NCBI GenBank assembly: GCA_963514005.1
Contig: OY740794.1
Location: 29,388,001 to 29,452,000, forward strand
Direction: 5' to 3'
Source: Raja brachyura
Taxonomy: Eukaryota
DNA: 64,000 nt
The position numbers and the translations under genes are program-made. Under the pieces are notes generated by a model. That model was not told the origin of the DNA and did no database searches. It worked only from the letters and a program-made list of their open reading frames with translations. This document shows, piece after piece, positions 11,811 to 25,815 of the stretch (within the stretch, counting starts at the first letter, position 1; the number at the start of each line of letters is the position of its first letter).

Positions 11811-14800
11811 AAGTATGAATTATTTGGGCCAAAGGGCCCATTTCCATGCTGTATACAGAGAGGCAACTTGATCAGCATGGACAAAGTGGGCCAAAGGAAG
11901 GCCCCATTTCATGCTGTAGAGCGATACTGTAAATGTGTTGCATTTGATTGATTTTCAACCTTTTCTGATTTCCATTTCAGAGGTTTTTCCTCAGTGCACA
12001 GGCATTCCAAAACATTGTGAAATCTATAGAATCCCAGGTACTGTGCCTGATGTTTAGAAGTACTTGATGTGAAAAACAAGTCATAACAGGTCTTGGCACA
12101 GAAACAAGTTTGTGCCTCGTCACATGTTGAATGGGCTGGTAGCAGATGTTCTGTGCATGCTGCATCTTGCTTCAGCTCAAGTATTTGAATGAAAACTATA
12201 AAGTCTGGACTCAAATATGGTATCCTGGGGAGAGAGGGTTAGCCACTCACACACAGCAAGACAGAATAGTCTAAAGCAGAATCATTCCTGGGCATCCCAG
12301 TTTAGAATCAATGGAGAACAAAGAGCTAAGCTATTTGCTACAGCGTAGTGAAGGTCCAAAACCCCCAGTTCATAGAACCAGCTGCACTGATTCCAAAAGT
12401 GTTCTCATCGATCCACAACCAATGTGACAGCAGTAAACCAGAGTACTGTCTGCCACGCACCGACTGATATACCATTGGCACACAAGGAACAGACTCAAAA
12501 TTAAATTATTGGGTACTTTGTCCATTGTGATGTCTCTGTCATATGTTATGTTATCACAAAGCATTTTTAATGGAAACAATACACAATTTATTTAGACCAT
12601 AAACACGGTGCACTACAAATAAATCCAAGTATATTTTGGAATTTAAGTTTGCTGTTTAGTAAGAGCCAAGACAAATGCAGACATATGAGACCAGCCCATG
12701 GTCCGTTTCCATGCTGTACAGCTCTATGACTCTAATCCCACGGACTCATGGTTGTGAGTCAGGAAGTTTCTTCTATTCCCTCTTCTCAATCCCTTAAGTT
12801 TTTCTATCCTTGAATCCTCAGACACTGGAAACATTCTACCTCTAAGTGGAGAAGGAAACAGATTTAAGGTTTCATCTTTCTTCAAATGCTGATCATTCTG
12901 ATGGAAGTCCAGTGATCAATCCCATTCACTCTAGTTTACTTGACATCAATGCTAACTTGCTAAGGATTTCCAGTATCTCTAATTTAGTTTATCACATCAC
13001 ATTACAGCAATTCCAATGATGCTGCAGAGACTTGAGCTATCCATTCACTTTTATCTTTCCATCGGCAATTCAAGTCATTTCATTGTATTTATGAAATGCT
13101 CATCTACGTACACCGATTCAGCATCACTCATTGTTATATCCACAAACCATCTGTCTTTTCCAATGCCTTTTCCCTAACATGCACCGATCTTTAATGAACG
13201 TGAGCACCAGAATTTAGCTGAAAACAATGTTTGATCTGGTTCTGAAAAAGGGTCCCAATCCGAAACATCACCTATCCAGAGATGCCGCCAGACTTGCTGA
13301 GTTACTCCAGCATTTTGTGGCTATCTTTGGTTTGAACCAACACCTGCAGTTCCTTTTTATTACATTTGTTCTGGTTCTGTTTGATATTGCTGTTTGTCAC
13401 GTGGTTTGACGGCTCACCGGTTCTGATGAATGAAAAATATTTTTGCTTGAGAATTACTGTAGTTGCAAAAATTGTGAAACTATTGTCAAATGCTTTCACT
13501 GCACAAGAGGGTCAGCAACCTGTTGTGGGTCGTTTCTTCTCATGGCCTGATAATGTTGTGCTTAGTACACAAGGCCCAACTGAGTTTATAATGTATAGTC
13601 ACAGTTTCAACATCTGGCTCTAATTACCTATTTAAAAATATACACTGTAGATTGGCTATTATAAAAATCATTATATTTAAAAACATATATTTTAAAGTAA
13701 TGAAAATGTCCATGTTCCTGTCTGTGAGAGCTCTTAAATGTCATCTGGACATCAAGGACACAGCTTAACTGATGCCCGATCGTAACCAATGCCAGGAATG
13801 GTTCTAGGCACATTAGAGGGACTACACATTCTGGCCTTGCCAGTAACAACCATACATCTTGTAAAAACATAAACAGGCATTGCAAATAGAAACATAGAAA
13901 ATAGGTGAAGAAGTAGAAAATAGGTGAAGTAGGCCATTCGGCCCTTCGAGTCTTTGCTGTGCTACTGACCGTGAATCTGGACCATAATATCATCAGGATT
14001 ACATTATTCAGAATGCTTACTGACCAGTTAGCTCATGATCACATTAAGACAGTTATTGCATAGGGGAAGGTACAAATAGCCTGTCAGATACCTCTGCTTT
14101 AGCACAGGCTATATGACAAACCAGGCAGGCCAAAAAAAGGCAGGGAGATGAATCAATTAAAAAGCTTTTCCCAAAGCAAGGTTTCAATACTCAAACAAAT
14201 AAGCAAACGTCTGATCCCTTTTTATTCTCTCTCCAGAGCAGGAATATCTTTCCTATTCATATTAGCAAAATGCTTTGGCTTTGGAAACTGTCACTCCTTT
14301 TCCCTCTTCTACTGTAAAAAAGCACCATTATCCCAATTAACTCTGTTACCAATCCACTCACACATGGCTGGTGGTAACCTCAAAGCACCAAGTATGGTAT
14401 AACATTATGCTCAAACCTATGCTCATTCCTTCTTTGTTCTCTCTTCAATATTTCTAAGTTATAAATTTCAGCTGGAATCTGTTGTTGCGAACATGGAATT
14501 TCATTGCACTCTGGTGGATATGACAATGCACTGATCTGAATCTTGCATTGACACTTGTGCAACAAGTAAACACTTGGTTCTGTCTCTCCATACTTCTTCT
14601 ATTGATTATTCCCAGCCCCTGTTCCTACCTTCCAAAATGTATCATCTTAAAATATATATATTTTTAAATCCTTTTTTGCCCATTTCACAAACTTGACCAA
14701 ACCTTCAAGGTAGATGTATTTTCCAAGATTAGAAACCAACGCTTACCCACTGGCTTGGATGCTTTTAAAGCTGTCATATATATGGTGAACATCAAATTCA

Positions 14801-14838
14801 GAGCATGTACCAGGAAATTGTTGGTTGAGATAACTTAC

Positions 14839-15090
14839 TGTCCATGTGGCAGACTTGGCTGTGCTGGACTGCTGGAATGACACATCAAACCCATGTGGGC
14901 CTGGGTAATCTGTGTTTGACGGGATAGCTGGTGATGGTGAGAGAGCCTCGAAGGTGGAGCTGGGCTGAGCATATGGCGAGGGTGCTGTGATGCTGGGAGT
15001 GTGGTCGTTGTTGTAGGGGCTGGTGGAGGATGATCCGTTCGGTATCTGTTGCTCCATACTGTTGAGGAGCCCCAAGTTCGTGAACTGAGG
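14839..15090 (-). CDS. TP63: TP63 exon 4 (common exon, leading into the DNA-binding domain)
   Basis: The minus strand reads cccctgcag|CCT CAG TTC ... TGG ACA|gtaagt. The exon is 252 nt and encodes 84 aa, [26 protein letters not shown]...[28 protein letters not shown]. The N-terminal part is p63-type rather than p73-type. It lies within ORF 14743..15189. Confidence 0.98.
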
Positions 15091-15105
15091 CTGCAGGGGA
15101 TAAAG

Positions 15106-15111
<6 letters not shown>

Positions 15112-15176
<65 letters not shown>

Positions 15177-15180
15177 GAGA
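15112..15180. repeat. (GA)n/(CT)n microsatellite in the exon 4 polypyrimidine tract
   Basis: About 34 GA units with one interruption, ending about 20 nt upstream of the exon 4 acceptor on the minus strand. Confidence 0.98.
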
Positions 15181-17096
15181 ACTTGGCATTAGTAATATTC
15201 ACATCAGCACATCCTGTTTAATGACTGATCAGGATATCCACAATATTTTATGGAAACAGAATATATATATATTTTTTACAATGCTTACAATTTTTTACAA
15301 GAGCATCAGACAAATAAATCACAATCTAATCACCTAAGATATGGTATTCAAAATTCAAACATTTCATTCACCAATGCACGTTATTATGAAGCAATTATAA
15401 GCACTATTATGAAGCATCTTAGCAGAAATAATTTTCATTGTCTGCTCTAACAAGAGTTAAACAGCTCCACTGATCAAACTCCATTCTGCAGTTTACAATG
15501 CTGAAAATATTTGCTCTGTTTTCTGAGGAAAGATTACTCATACTGAGGTAAAGCAGGCAGATGGGGCAGAATGGAATTGTTGCTCAGATGTTTCAGTTTC
15601 AAATGCATGGTTCAAAATCTAAAGACATTTGGTCAACTAGCCCGAATCTTAGTACCAATCAACTTTGATGAATGGTCAGCCACATCTTCTTAGATGCTGA
15701 TTGACTGCTGAGCATATCTTTAGTTACCTGCATATTTAAAGCTGTCTTTTATTCATATCATAGGCAAATGGATTACATGCAGGCAGATAAGGCAGATTGT
15801 CTTGGCATCATATTTGGTGCAGACAATGTGGGCTGAAGGGGCTGTTCTTGTGGTGTACTGTTCTGTTGTATAGTCCATGCAATTTATGGGCATGCAAGGA
15901 CAATTTGGCATCTGGAGATTTCTACACTGAAATGCGTTTATCACTTTTGCCCACCACACCTCACAAGCAGATAAAGTGCGACGTAATCATGGTCGATAGT
16001 ACAATGACACATAAATACTATAGCAAAATGTTTGACAGACACATTAAGCACAGTTTTTCCGTGGAGCAGCTGTGATATGTGCCAGCCTGTTCTTTGACAC
16101 CTATTAATAACAGCTTCCATCAAAAACATTTTTCCTTACTTCCCCAGAGTTTTATCACTCTGTTTAATACAAACTTGTTCCATTATGTTGCTTCCCTCAG
16201 CTCTCCTATGTGTATCAATAACAACTGGTTCAGTTTACCTAGTCAGGCAATGAAATGATTCTCTGTGATGCCTATTAAAGGACTTCGATAAAACCTCCCG
16301 AGGAAAGAAAATTTGCCTTCATGCATTATTGTAGATTATACAGTTCCTCACATAGCATTGGTATACACGGATCACTGCAGTTAATCAGTAAGAACAATGA
16401 TACCAATAAACATACCAATACCAACTTCAACCCTTACAACCCAATGGTGCAAATAATACCTTTGTACCATGCACCTGCCTTCAGAGAACAAAACCAGAAC
16501 CTATGGCTCCTCAGACAATCCGGCTCCTTTACTGCATTAACGGGATATTTGATTTAGTAAATATTTTACAGCTACAGGATGTATCCGTTTACAAAATGGA
16601 GAAATAACAAAATCTCCAGGTTTTTCCAGCATTTGCACTTCTTTCTTAAACAAATCTCCAGGTAACGCTCCCTGCACAAATTTGGTGTGTAGCACTACTA
16701 TATAAAACATCAGCAAGCATGGTCAACTGCAGGCTCAGTCATCCACCTCCATCCAAGTCAACAGTAACCATCTAAAAAAACTCGGGACCCTCCCTGCAAC
16801 AGCAGTCTTTGACTAAAGACGTTAAACGTCTCTTTATACAAGAGATCATCGTCTGGTAAATGTAAATTCTCAAATTACAGCTGCAATAATAGTCATCGAC
16901 TCTTCATGCCTTAAGTGAGCCAGAACCTTACAGCAGATGTACCATAGCACCCAACAAGCTGCATAGTGTATGTTAAACTAGAAGGTGACTCTTCTGGGAA
17001 ATAACCTACAGAATATGGATATAAACGGAACTACCGAGGTGACTTGATTAATCAACTTAATAGACATTAGCATGGTTATCCAATTGCATTTTAGAT

Positions 17097-17266
17097 GTAG
17101 AAACAAGGAACTGCAGATGCTGGTTTATAATAAAGAATGACACAAAATGCTGGAGTAACTCAGTGGGTCAGGCAGCATCTCTGGGGAAAAGTTATGGGTG
17201 ATGTTACGGGTCGAGACCCTTCTTCAGACTGCCTGACCTGTTGAGTTACTCCAGCGTTTTGTGCCT
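17097..17266 (-). mobile_element. Penelope pLTR-derived short element with an inverted partial copy
   Basis: A minus-strand pLTR ending CGAGACCCTTCTTCAGAC is followed directly by the plus-strand TGCCTGACCTGTTGAGTTACTCCAGC. Confidence 0.75.
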
Positions 17267-20200
17267 ATGCCATTTTAAATATCACTGGGACTGCATACAT
17301 CTATTCATAGGTTTAGTATAGCAAATATATTACTAGTGAATACTATACTAGTATAGCAAAATGCCAATTGCACCATTATGTCTACTGTAGCCAAAGGAGA
17401 TCACTTTCAGTTCTTGATGCATAACTTCATAGGTTATGACTCTTCAAGTATTCATCAAGTACCATCTGATTATAATGTGGGTTTGAGCACCCACACTTTT
17501 TAGATGCAACATGAATTATTCGGACTCCCCTTTAATCCTTCCACTAATTCCCTCGAATCCATCCATTAATCTATCTATGCCCTCCAGACACTGACCTCAC
17601 CACTAAAGAAACAGGATCCCTCCTATCCAAGCCCCCATTACCAACACAGCTCAATTACATTTCCCCTTGGAATCTTCTGCTAGAGCGCAAACAACCTTAT
17701 CTCGGTCTCATTCCTCACACTGCGCTTCACCTGCCCTTACAGCGTCCTCGTCACACTGGCCTGCAACCCTTCCTAGAGCGGTTGTGGTGCTGAGCAAAAC
17801 ATTTGTGCTCAGTAAAGTGGTTGATTTCTGAGCCTGGAGCATAACCATGCAAACACTCACAGCATCACACACATTAGCTCAAGTACATCCCTGCACCAAT
17901 CTATCCTGTTTTTTAATTTTGTTTCTCAATTCTGATTCATCAATCTTCTGATACTTTACACAAATGACTAAGTCAGACAATGGTAAAACCTAGCCCCACC
18001 CCCTTACGCACCTTCCACCCGTCAGTTGAAAGATGCTGTCCAGCCGGTGGTGAATACTGAATGTCAAAGAAAAAGAACAGAATTTAAAATTATTTCAAAC
18101 AGTGCAACCATTATTTCTGACGGCGTGCATGTTGAAAATACAACCTCAGCATGGAAAAGAATCTAAAACACTGTTTAACTTGAAGTCTATGATTCTATCT
18201 GTTTAACATGAAGTCTATCTACTCTCACCATGTCCTGCCCACCCTTTATCACCTCTGTCCTTACTAACACTAGCTCGAGTTTTCCCACCAACATATCGAC
18301 TCTCATCCTCAGGAAGGCACGGCCATTTTCTCGGTATATAACCACCAATTAGAGCAGAGATTTCCAAGTTTGAAAATATAATAAAACTTTTATTCAAGTG
18401 AATGTGTCACTGGATGTGGGCAGTCAGGAGCTGCAGAAATGTTTTCCAACTGCGAACCGATAGCCTGACCTATTACACACGATATAATTACCATCCAGGA
18501 ACAAACCCCAAGAATGCCAGCATCAGATGTACTAACAGCAAGGTGGAAAACTACCAAAGTCTCAATAAATCGTAGAGGTGAGATTAGAACAACTGAGCCT
18601 GACATTAAAATTATATTTAAGGAAATGTAATGTCCGTGTGTTAATGAGGTTAATGCGCTTCAAAGGGAAATCATTCCACTAGCTACAGTCACATTGTACG
18701 TCGAGGAAGACAAATGTGATTGTTGGAGCCAAACTGTCTTAGCCAGGACACTGTTACAATGTTCCTGGGCTGCTTGGAGCAGCCTACTTGGCCCACATTT
18801 TCAGCAGTTTTAAAAATGACCTTTTCACCATCACAGAGTCAGAAGTGGGAGGTTCGCTAATAATTTCAGGGTTCAATTCTCTCTGAAACTCCTCAGGTAA
18901 TGAAACAATCCACCAGAAAGACCTGAACAGCAGACAAATGTTGATAATATGTTGAACCGATGGATATCTCTTGGGAATCTGTAAGGCCATGTGCACTATC
19001 AGAGAAACTATTTCCTTAAACAGAATTTTGCAGCAAGGTGGCAACTCGCCACCGCAATCAATTATTACATGCTTGATTTACAGATCACCATAAAAAAGAT
19101 GCAATGAAATATTTCAGAATAATATTTACACTAATACAAGATGACTTTCATTTAACTACCACCTTTCACAAACTAGGAATCTTGTAAATGCTTTACATTG
19201 AAGTACTTTTGACATTTAGTTAATGATTTAAAAGCGGTGAACACAGCAACTAATTTGCTAACAGATAAATAATGTCTTGTGGTGTTGGTCAAGGGAAATT
19301 GTCCAGGACACCGAGAAAAACTCCAGTATTTCAAAACATTCTTCTGAGATTATTCACATCTAGCAAGGTGAGCAGACAGAGCCTCTGTTTAATATCTTTT
19401 CTGAAAAATGACCAGACAGTGCTGCACCTCTTTAACATTGTCCACGTGAATGGTTTTGCCCACGACCCTGGTGTTCATCACTCTCACTTCACATTTTATA
19501 TTTATGTGAATCATTCCATGACTCTTGCCCAGTTTTAAACAAACAACCTTTCTATTATTTTGTCCATTCCAAATTTTTCATGTGGTCCAAATTTTGCAAT
19601 TTAACGTGATTTAGGTATCGTATCAATGGTTAAAATTCTGAGTTTTGATTAGTGAAGTGTAAGATAGCACCAAGGCACAAAAGACTGTAGATACGGGACT
19701 CTTGAGCAAAACGAAAATGCTGGAGGAACTCAGCAGGTCAGGCAGCATCTGTGGAAGGAAACGGCAGAGGATGTCTCATGTCGGGACCCTTCTTTAGACT
19801 GATGGTTTTTGGGGTGAAAGCTAAAAAATTGAGGTGGGGGCGGGGAAAGGCCCCAAATAGGACTAGCTTCGATCAGCCATTTTGCTCAGCATGGACGAAT
19901 TGAGTTGAAGGGCTGCATAACTCTGAATCTCATAAGAATGCTCAGTAAGCAGACAGGGTAACAAATCTTCAAATGCTACAACACTTTGGAAATTAATCAA
20001 TTATTTGTACCCCTAACAAAACAATGTCTGAGGGTGGTTCATGTTAACATCTTCAAAAATCAGATTACTGCAGCTACTGGAAATCAAAAAACAGAATGGT
20101 AGAAACATTGGCAGCACAGACAGCATGAATGGAGAGAGAAACAGAGGTAACATTTCAGGTCAGTCACCTTTCATCAGGTGGAAGATGAAGACCATCAACC

Positions 20201-21214
20201 TGATAAATTAACTGTTTCACACTCCATTGTTGCTGCCTTAGCTGTTGAGTATTTCTACCATTTTCTTTTTTTATTATCAAAATAGAATTTGACGTTGAGC
20301 CCAATAGATTGACAGTGCAGTAGTGCAGATAACTAAAGATTTGATCAAGTACTATGTATTCAAAGGACATAGGAGGGGTAAGAGATTTAGGTACCTCTTG
20401 TGTGGATGGCAAAAACCTAGCAAATAAATCTGGTCGAAACAATGGTAAAAAAAATTAAAACTTTGCCCTTTTTTAATGCAATCATTGCAATCCATATCTC
20501 CCCCATATGGGTCCTGTCCCTAGAAACTATAGCTGGATATGACACAGTTATTCTGCATTGTTCCATAACATTGCTTCTTTTACTAATCCCCAATCAAACT
20601 GCGGTAAATCTCAGTGAGGCACTGCACACATTTAACACCACCATACTCATTCCAATGCACACATTCCTCAGATGGCTGCTGTCTCCCACTCACTCTCCAA
20701 ACACCTATTAATCTGTCTACACCCATCATAACGTTGAGTGCCTGTGCAGCTGTCGCTCTTGCATTACCTCAGCAGGTGGTGAACTTTCAGGTAAGAGATG
20801 CACACCTAAAATGATCATGTGCCTTGGAAACACCACTCACAAAGTCCGGAAAGAGGCATTGCATTGACTGTTCCTGCTGAAGGTTAAGGATATGTTTTGG
20901 AACGGGAGGGGGAACTGAACATATTCTTCATTAAACCGTGGCTAATCTTTTCAGTGCCACGTGCTGCGTGACACCTAAACAATTAATGGAATAAACTGCA
21001 GGTGCCAAGTGGAATTTTGTTAATTCTTAAGGACAGAACTCTTTACAGTCCTACCCCACAATATGTTTTATAAATGCACGTTTTGCTTTGGGTTTGGAGA
21101 GGGGTTAGACATTCTGGGAGGCAGTGAAGATGGGGGAAACCACACCATGCTAGAGGGCAAAATTGGAAATGGAAGGTACACGCAATGATAGGAAAGCACA
21201 CCAATTCCCTACTT

Positions 21215-21745
21215 CCTCAGAATAGTTTGGCATGTCTCCAAGACTCTTACCAGTTTCTGCAGATGCACTGTAGAAAGCATCCTACAGGGATGCATCACAG
21301 CTTGGTTTGGCCTAAAGCTGCAAGAAATTGAAATTACAGGCTGTTGTGGACACAGCCCAGTCCACACAAACTAACACCACCACGAACACTGCTCCCAATC
21401 TATACTTCACACTGCCTCGAGAAAGCAGCCAATAGAACCAATGATCGTTTTCATCGCGGTGATCCTATCTTCTACCCTCTCCTGTTGAGCAGAAGATAGA
21501 AAAGTTTGAAAGCACACACCACCAGATTCAACAACAGCTTCTTCCCCACTATTATAAAACTACAGAACAGTTCTCTCATAAGTTAGGATGTAGTCCTGAT
21601 CTCCCAATTTACCTCATTGTGAACAATGCACTATTTTTTATCTACACTTTCTCTGTAAATGTAATGCTATAATGCTGTAACACTATATTCTACTCTCTGA
21701 TCATTTTCTCTTTGCATGCAAACATGATAATAATACACCAATAGC
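21215..21745 (+). mobile_element. Rex1/Babar-type LINE 3' fragment
   Basis: It has decayed similarity to the 3' part of the 61.6-63.4 kb element. Related pieces lie at about 37560-38200 (-), 48890-49480 (-) and 58570-58870 (+). Confidence 0.6.
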
Positions 21746-22429
21746 ATTAACAATCTACACTGCCTCATGCCTTAAACAGAGAATAAAAATCAAACATTCC
21801 CAGTGCAAGCAGCTAAAGGGCCTGTCCCACTTCGCGACCTTTACAGGTGACTGCTAGCGTGTATTCCTCAACTTTCTTTTAAGCTTCAGAAGCTCCTTTA
21901 TCTACTCATTCATGGTTTTCACAGCACATGGTTAATTCTCTACAAATGGAGCAATCTGCCCAGCCATCCATGCTCCATCCAAGGGACAAAGGTCCACCAT
22001 GAAAGGCAGCTCACCATATGTTACTGGGCACAAGAAATCCGACTTTGATACAGAGACAGAATGTCAGGATGCAGTGACGGCACCATGCTCAGTAGCATTC
22101 CTTTGACAAAATGTCAGGTTAATTATCTTCTGAGATTTAAAACACTCCATTTTTCCTTCATGGCATTCTACCACCGGAAACAATTTTCACTATTACCTTT
22201 TATCTACTGTGATTAATCATCACTACATTGCACTACAGATAGAGTATAGAAAAAACTACAGCACAACTACTGTACAGAGCCGTGCAGACAAGGATAATTC
22301 ACAAACTTAATTCTTAGTCCACCCACAGTTCTTTTTAAACAGGAGGAGCAATAAGATTGCAAGTGAGTTATTGCCTCTGAAGAACTAAGCAGAGAGATTG
22401 TAAAACAAGAATGTAGATAAGAAGAAGAA

Positions 22430-22785
22430 ACAAAGAACTGCAGATGTTGATGTGCAAAAAAAGACAGAGTGCTAGAATAACTCAGTGGGTCAGGCAGCAT
22501 CTCTGCAGAACATGCTTTGGTGACATTTCGGGTCAGGACCCTTCTTGTGGTGGTGGGGGGGGGGGGGGGGTGAATGGAAAGCTGGAAGAGAGGAGGGGCA
22601 GGATAAAGCCTGGCCAGTGATATAAGTGAGGAGGGGTTTTGATAGGTAGATGGTCGGACATATGCCAGAGGTGAAAAGACAATGTAGGTGGAAGGGGGGA
22701 TGGAGGGGAGAAATGGATGCAAGTCCAGGTGGGGGCACAGGAAAGGGAGGGGGGGGGGGGAAGGATGTTTAGTCAATTACCTATT
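22430..22785 (-). mobile_element. Penelope-like 3' end/pLTR
   Basis: The pLTR motif (AACTCAGTGGGTCAGGCAGCATCTCTG...CATTTCGGGTCAGGACCCTTCT) is followed by G-rich PLE 3' sequence. Confidence 0.7.
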
Positions 22786-23601
22786 TTTTTGGTTGAGCCC
22801 CAAACTGGGAGGCCTGGAAATGGAGGTGTTTACTGATTGAAGTTCCTATGGCTGCTCATAGTTCGGTGTTAAAAGAAATGTTGTACCTTTCAAACCCCAG
22901 CATGGAGAGAGACAGGCATCGAACCTGACCATCAAAAGGTGATAAACCCCAGACATAATTAGATCGCCAGAGCGATTTTTGATTCGCTTCCATAATTCTG
23001 TTTGGTCACTGTATTTTAATGCCATTAGGGAAGTTGCCCTTGCATTGCTACATTCACAGGTTCCTGGGCGACCACACATTTCACTGTACCAATTGGTACA
23101 TGTGACAAATAAATGTATCTTGTGCCTTGTAGTGAATTCACAGAAGGACATGAAGCAACTGAGCCTTGCAGGCACTTGCTAAAACTGTCAATTTCCTTTA
23201 CTGAACTGTACAATCTGAGCACAGAACTGAGAGATAAGACCTCTTCACAATAACCAGCATTATTTAAAGTGCAGCCGGCATGATGAAGTGCAGCCAGCAC
23301 AATGAAGTGAGCTGTGCCTAGTGCGTGTTGGTTCCCATCTGAGCAATGAAGGTCAGGGATGAGGGTATACCGCTGTCTTAGTAGGGATCTTGGACCAGGG
23401 ACCTAGGCGCAGGCCCAAGAAGACCCAAGTAGAAGGATTCTAAAATCCTTTTGACTCTAGAAGGATAGAAATTTAAAACTTAAAAAGTGACAAATTCATG
23501 ACAGAAAAATGTAACCAAATATTGAACGAACCTCATGCCAAGACGCTTTCCGAACCAGTTGGCATGGTACAAACAGCCATCACAACATTAAAACATAATA
23601 T

Positions 23602-23725
23602 ATACACACTGAAGGGTCTCGACCCGAAACGTCACCCATTCCTTCTCTCCAGATATGCTGCCTGTTCCACTAGCTTTGTGTGTCTATCCTTGGTTTAAGC
23701 CAGCATCTGCTGTTTCTTCTTACTC
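23602..23725 (+). mobile_element. Short pLTR-derived insertion with 12-bp TSD
   Basis: AAAACATAATAT is duplicated at 23590-23601 and 23726-23737. The insert contains GGGTCTCGACCCGAAACGTC. Confidence 0.8.
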
Positions 23726-24499
23726 AAAACATAATATGCTGGATATCAGAATTGGAACCTCACAATCTACAACACAGGCAATTTTGTAGATTTTTCTGAC
23801 CACTAAACTAGCTCTTGAGAGTATGTTCTCCAACATTTGGGATCTGAGCTACATTCACCCGTTGATATTTAAATTCCCTCAGGTTAAATTTATTTTGATC
23901 AGTGATCTAGCAAGCCCATCAGATTAAGTTCAAAATGGAAGACAAGCTTTCAAGGACCAAAATGTGAGGCCAAATCTATCCTATTTTCAACAGTGGGAAC
24001 TATACTTGAAAATACTTTGATGTTGGGTGTCCAAGCGTCTGATTTATTTTCCTTGTTGAAAAGTCTGTCAACGACACAGAAAGGGCAAGGACTGATCCCC
24101 TGCAGGTATCCCAGGCCATATCATCTTCAGTGGAAGGTTCTAAGTTTTGTCCCTATTTAGCCCTTCAAAGGAAAGATTCCTCAGTAAAATTAGATGTATA
24201 AAAAACACCTAAGAAAATTGGGTATTATTCTGTTTTTTAAACAAAGAATCATGAAAAACAACTGAACTAGATCCTCTACATAATATGGAATGATGCATTG
24301 ATTGTTAACTGCCATCATTCTTTGGATTCAGAGAGAAAGCATAGAAACTGCAAATTAAATTATATAAAGCAAAAAAAAACAAGAAACTTCAAGTCAATCA
24401 GTTTGACACCTGTCGCTGGGAAAGGCTAGAAACTATTATTACAGCAGTCAATCATACAGTGTCAGGATGGTTTTATGAAAGAGAAATAATGTTTAACAA

Positions 24500-25815
24500 T
24501 TTGCCAGCGTTTTAGTTGCATGCTATAAGAGGGATGGAAAGGCTGTAGAAAAGTTTCACAGGATGGTGCCGGAGTGTTCAACTGCAAGGAGAGACTGCTG
24601 TTGCCAGGAGAGACTTGAAAGGCAGAGGCATTAATATTTATGTGGAGGATAAGGGGAAACGTTTTTCACGCTGTATCCTATCCAAAGTGTCTATAACTGG
24701 AGGGCCCGGAAACCTGGGGGGGGGGGGTTGAGGAAGTAGTATTTAGATGGGCACTTGAAATGTCATAGCAAAGGCTACAGAAAGGGAATAGGATTAGCAT
24801 TAGCATTATAAAATAAGGCTGGCAAGAGCATGGTGGGCTGATAGGCTTATTTCCACGTTGAGCCTTGCAAAAATAGGAACTGCACTAATATATGACTACG
24901 GAGAGGGAATTGGCTACTAATAGAGTAAGGATAAATGGGTTCAGGATTATTTTTAATTTTTAGATTAGCAATCAGTTTATAGTGAGATGCCAAAGGGGTC
25001 AGTGCTGGGGTCTCAACTATTTATAATCCATGTTGATGAAGGGACTAAATTTTTCTGATGATGCAAAACAAAGGGTGGGTTAGCAACTGATGAGGAGAAC
25101 ACAAGGAATATAGTCAAAAGAGGACAGAGTGCTGGAGTAATAGGGGTCAAGCAGATCTCTGGAAAAGATGGATCGGTGACATTCTGGGTCGGGACAGTTC
25201 TTCAGACCAGAATATGGACAGGTTATATCAGCGGGCAGGATGTTGGCAGGCAGAAGATAAAATGGAAAAATGTGAGATATTGGAACGAGGAAAGATTATA
25301 ATTATTAATTCAAATTATTATTGAAACAGAATGAGACTATGAATTATTGCAGGGCAAAGATTTGTGGGTTCTAGTGCATAACACAAAATGTCAGCGTAAA
25401 GGTATAGTAAGTAGTTAGGAAGTCTGTGGAAATGTTTTTTATTGGAAGAGGTATAGGAGTCTACAACTAGTGATGCTTTTTAGAACATTACAGCGTGCTG
25501 TTGAGAGCAGACATGAAGAACTGCATACATTTCTTACAGGCATTGTATCAGGAAGATGTGATTGTCCCTGTCATTCAGCAATGAGAATGAACTTCTTTCA
25601 GAGAGCCGAGAATCTTTAGGTCTATGCAGAGAACAGTGGAGGAAGAGTTATTGAATATATTCAAGGAAAGACTGACAGATGTTTAAACTCCAAGAGTGTC
25701 AAAGTGCATTGGGGAGGGAATGGAAAAGTGCTACTGAAGCCATGATTGGATCAGTTATGATCATACTGAAAGGTGGAACAAACGTGTGTGGAAAATCCTG
25801 CTCTTGTTTCTTATA
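24500..25815 (+). mobile_element. Cluster of old CR1-type LINE fragments, with a nested pLTR copy at about 25115-25208
   Basis: It contains decayed RT-region sequence (GGGTCAGTGCTGGGGTCTCAACTATTT, i.e. the PQGSVLGP-like region) and CR1 3'UTR ends. Confidence 0.55.

Noticed and set aside
14839-15090. Assignment to TP73 or TP53
   Set aside because: [12 protein letters not shown], the MLYLEN first exon and the IEISMD..RMQD exon are p63-specific features.
14743-15202. ORF extensions with poly-SL and VSYLNQQF... around exon 4
   Set aside because: These are translated intron: the (CT)n tract upstream of the acceptor and read-through past the GT donor.
21817-21856. GGGCCTGTCCCACT Harbinger/MITE-like terminal repeat
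   Set aside because: Only one end is visible, with no partner TIR nearby, so it cannot be supported as an element.
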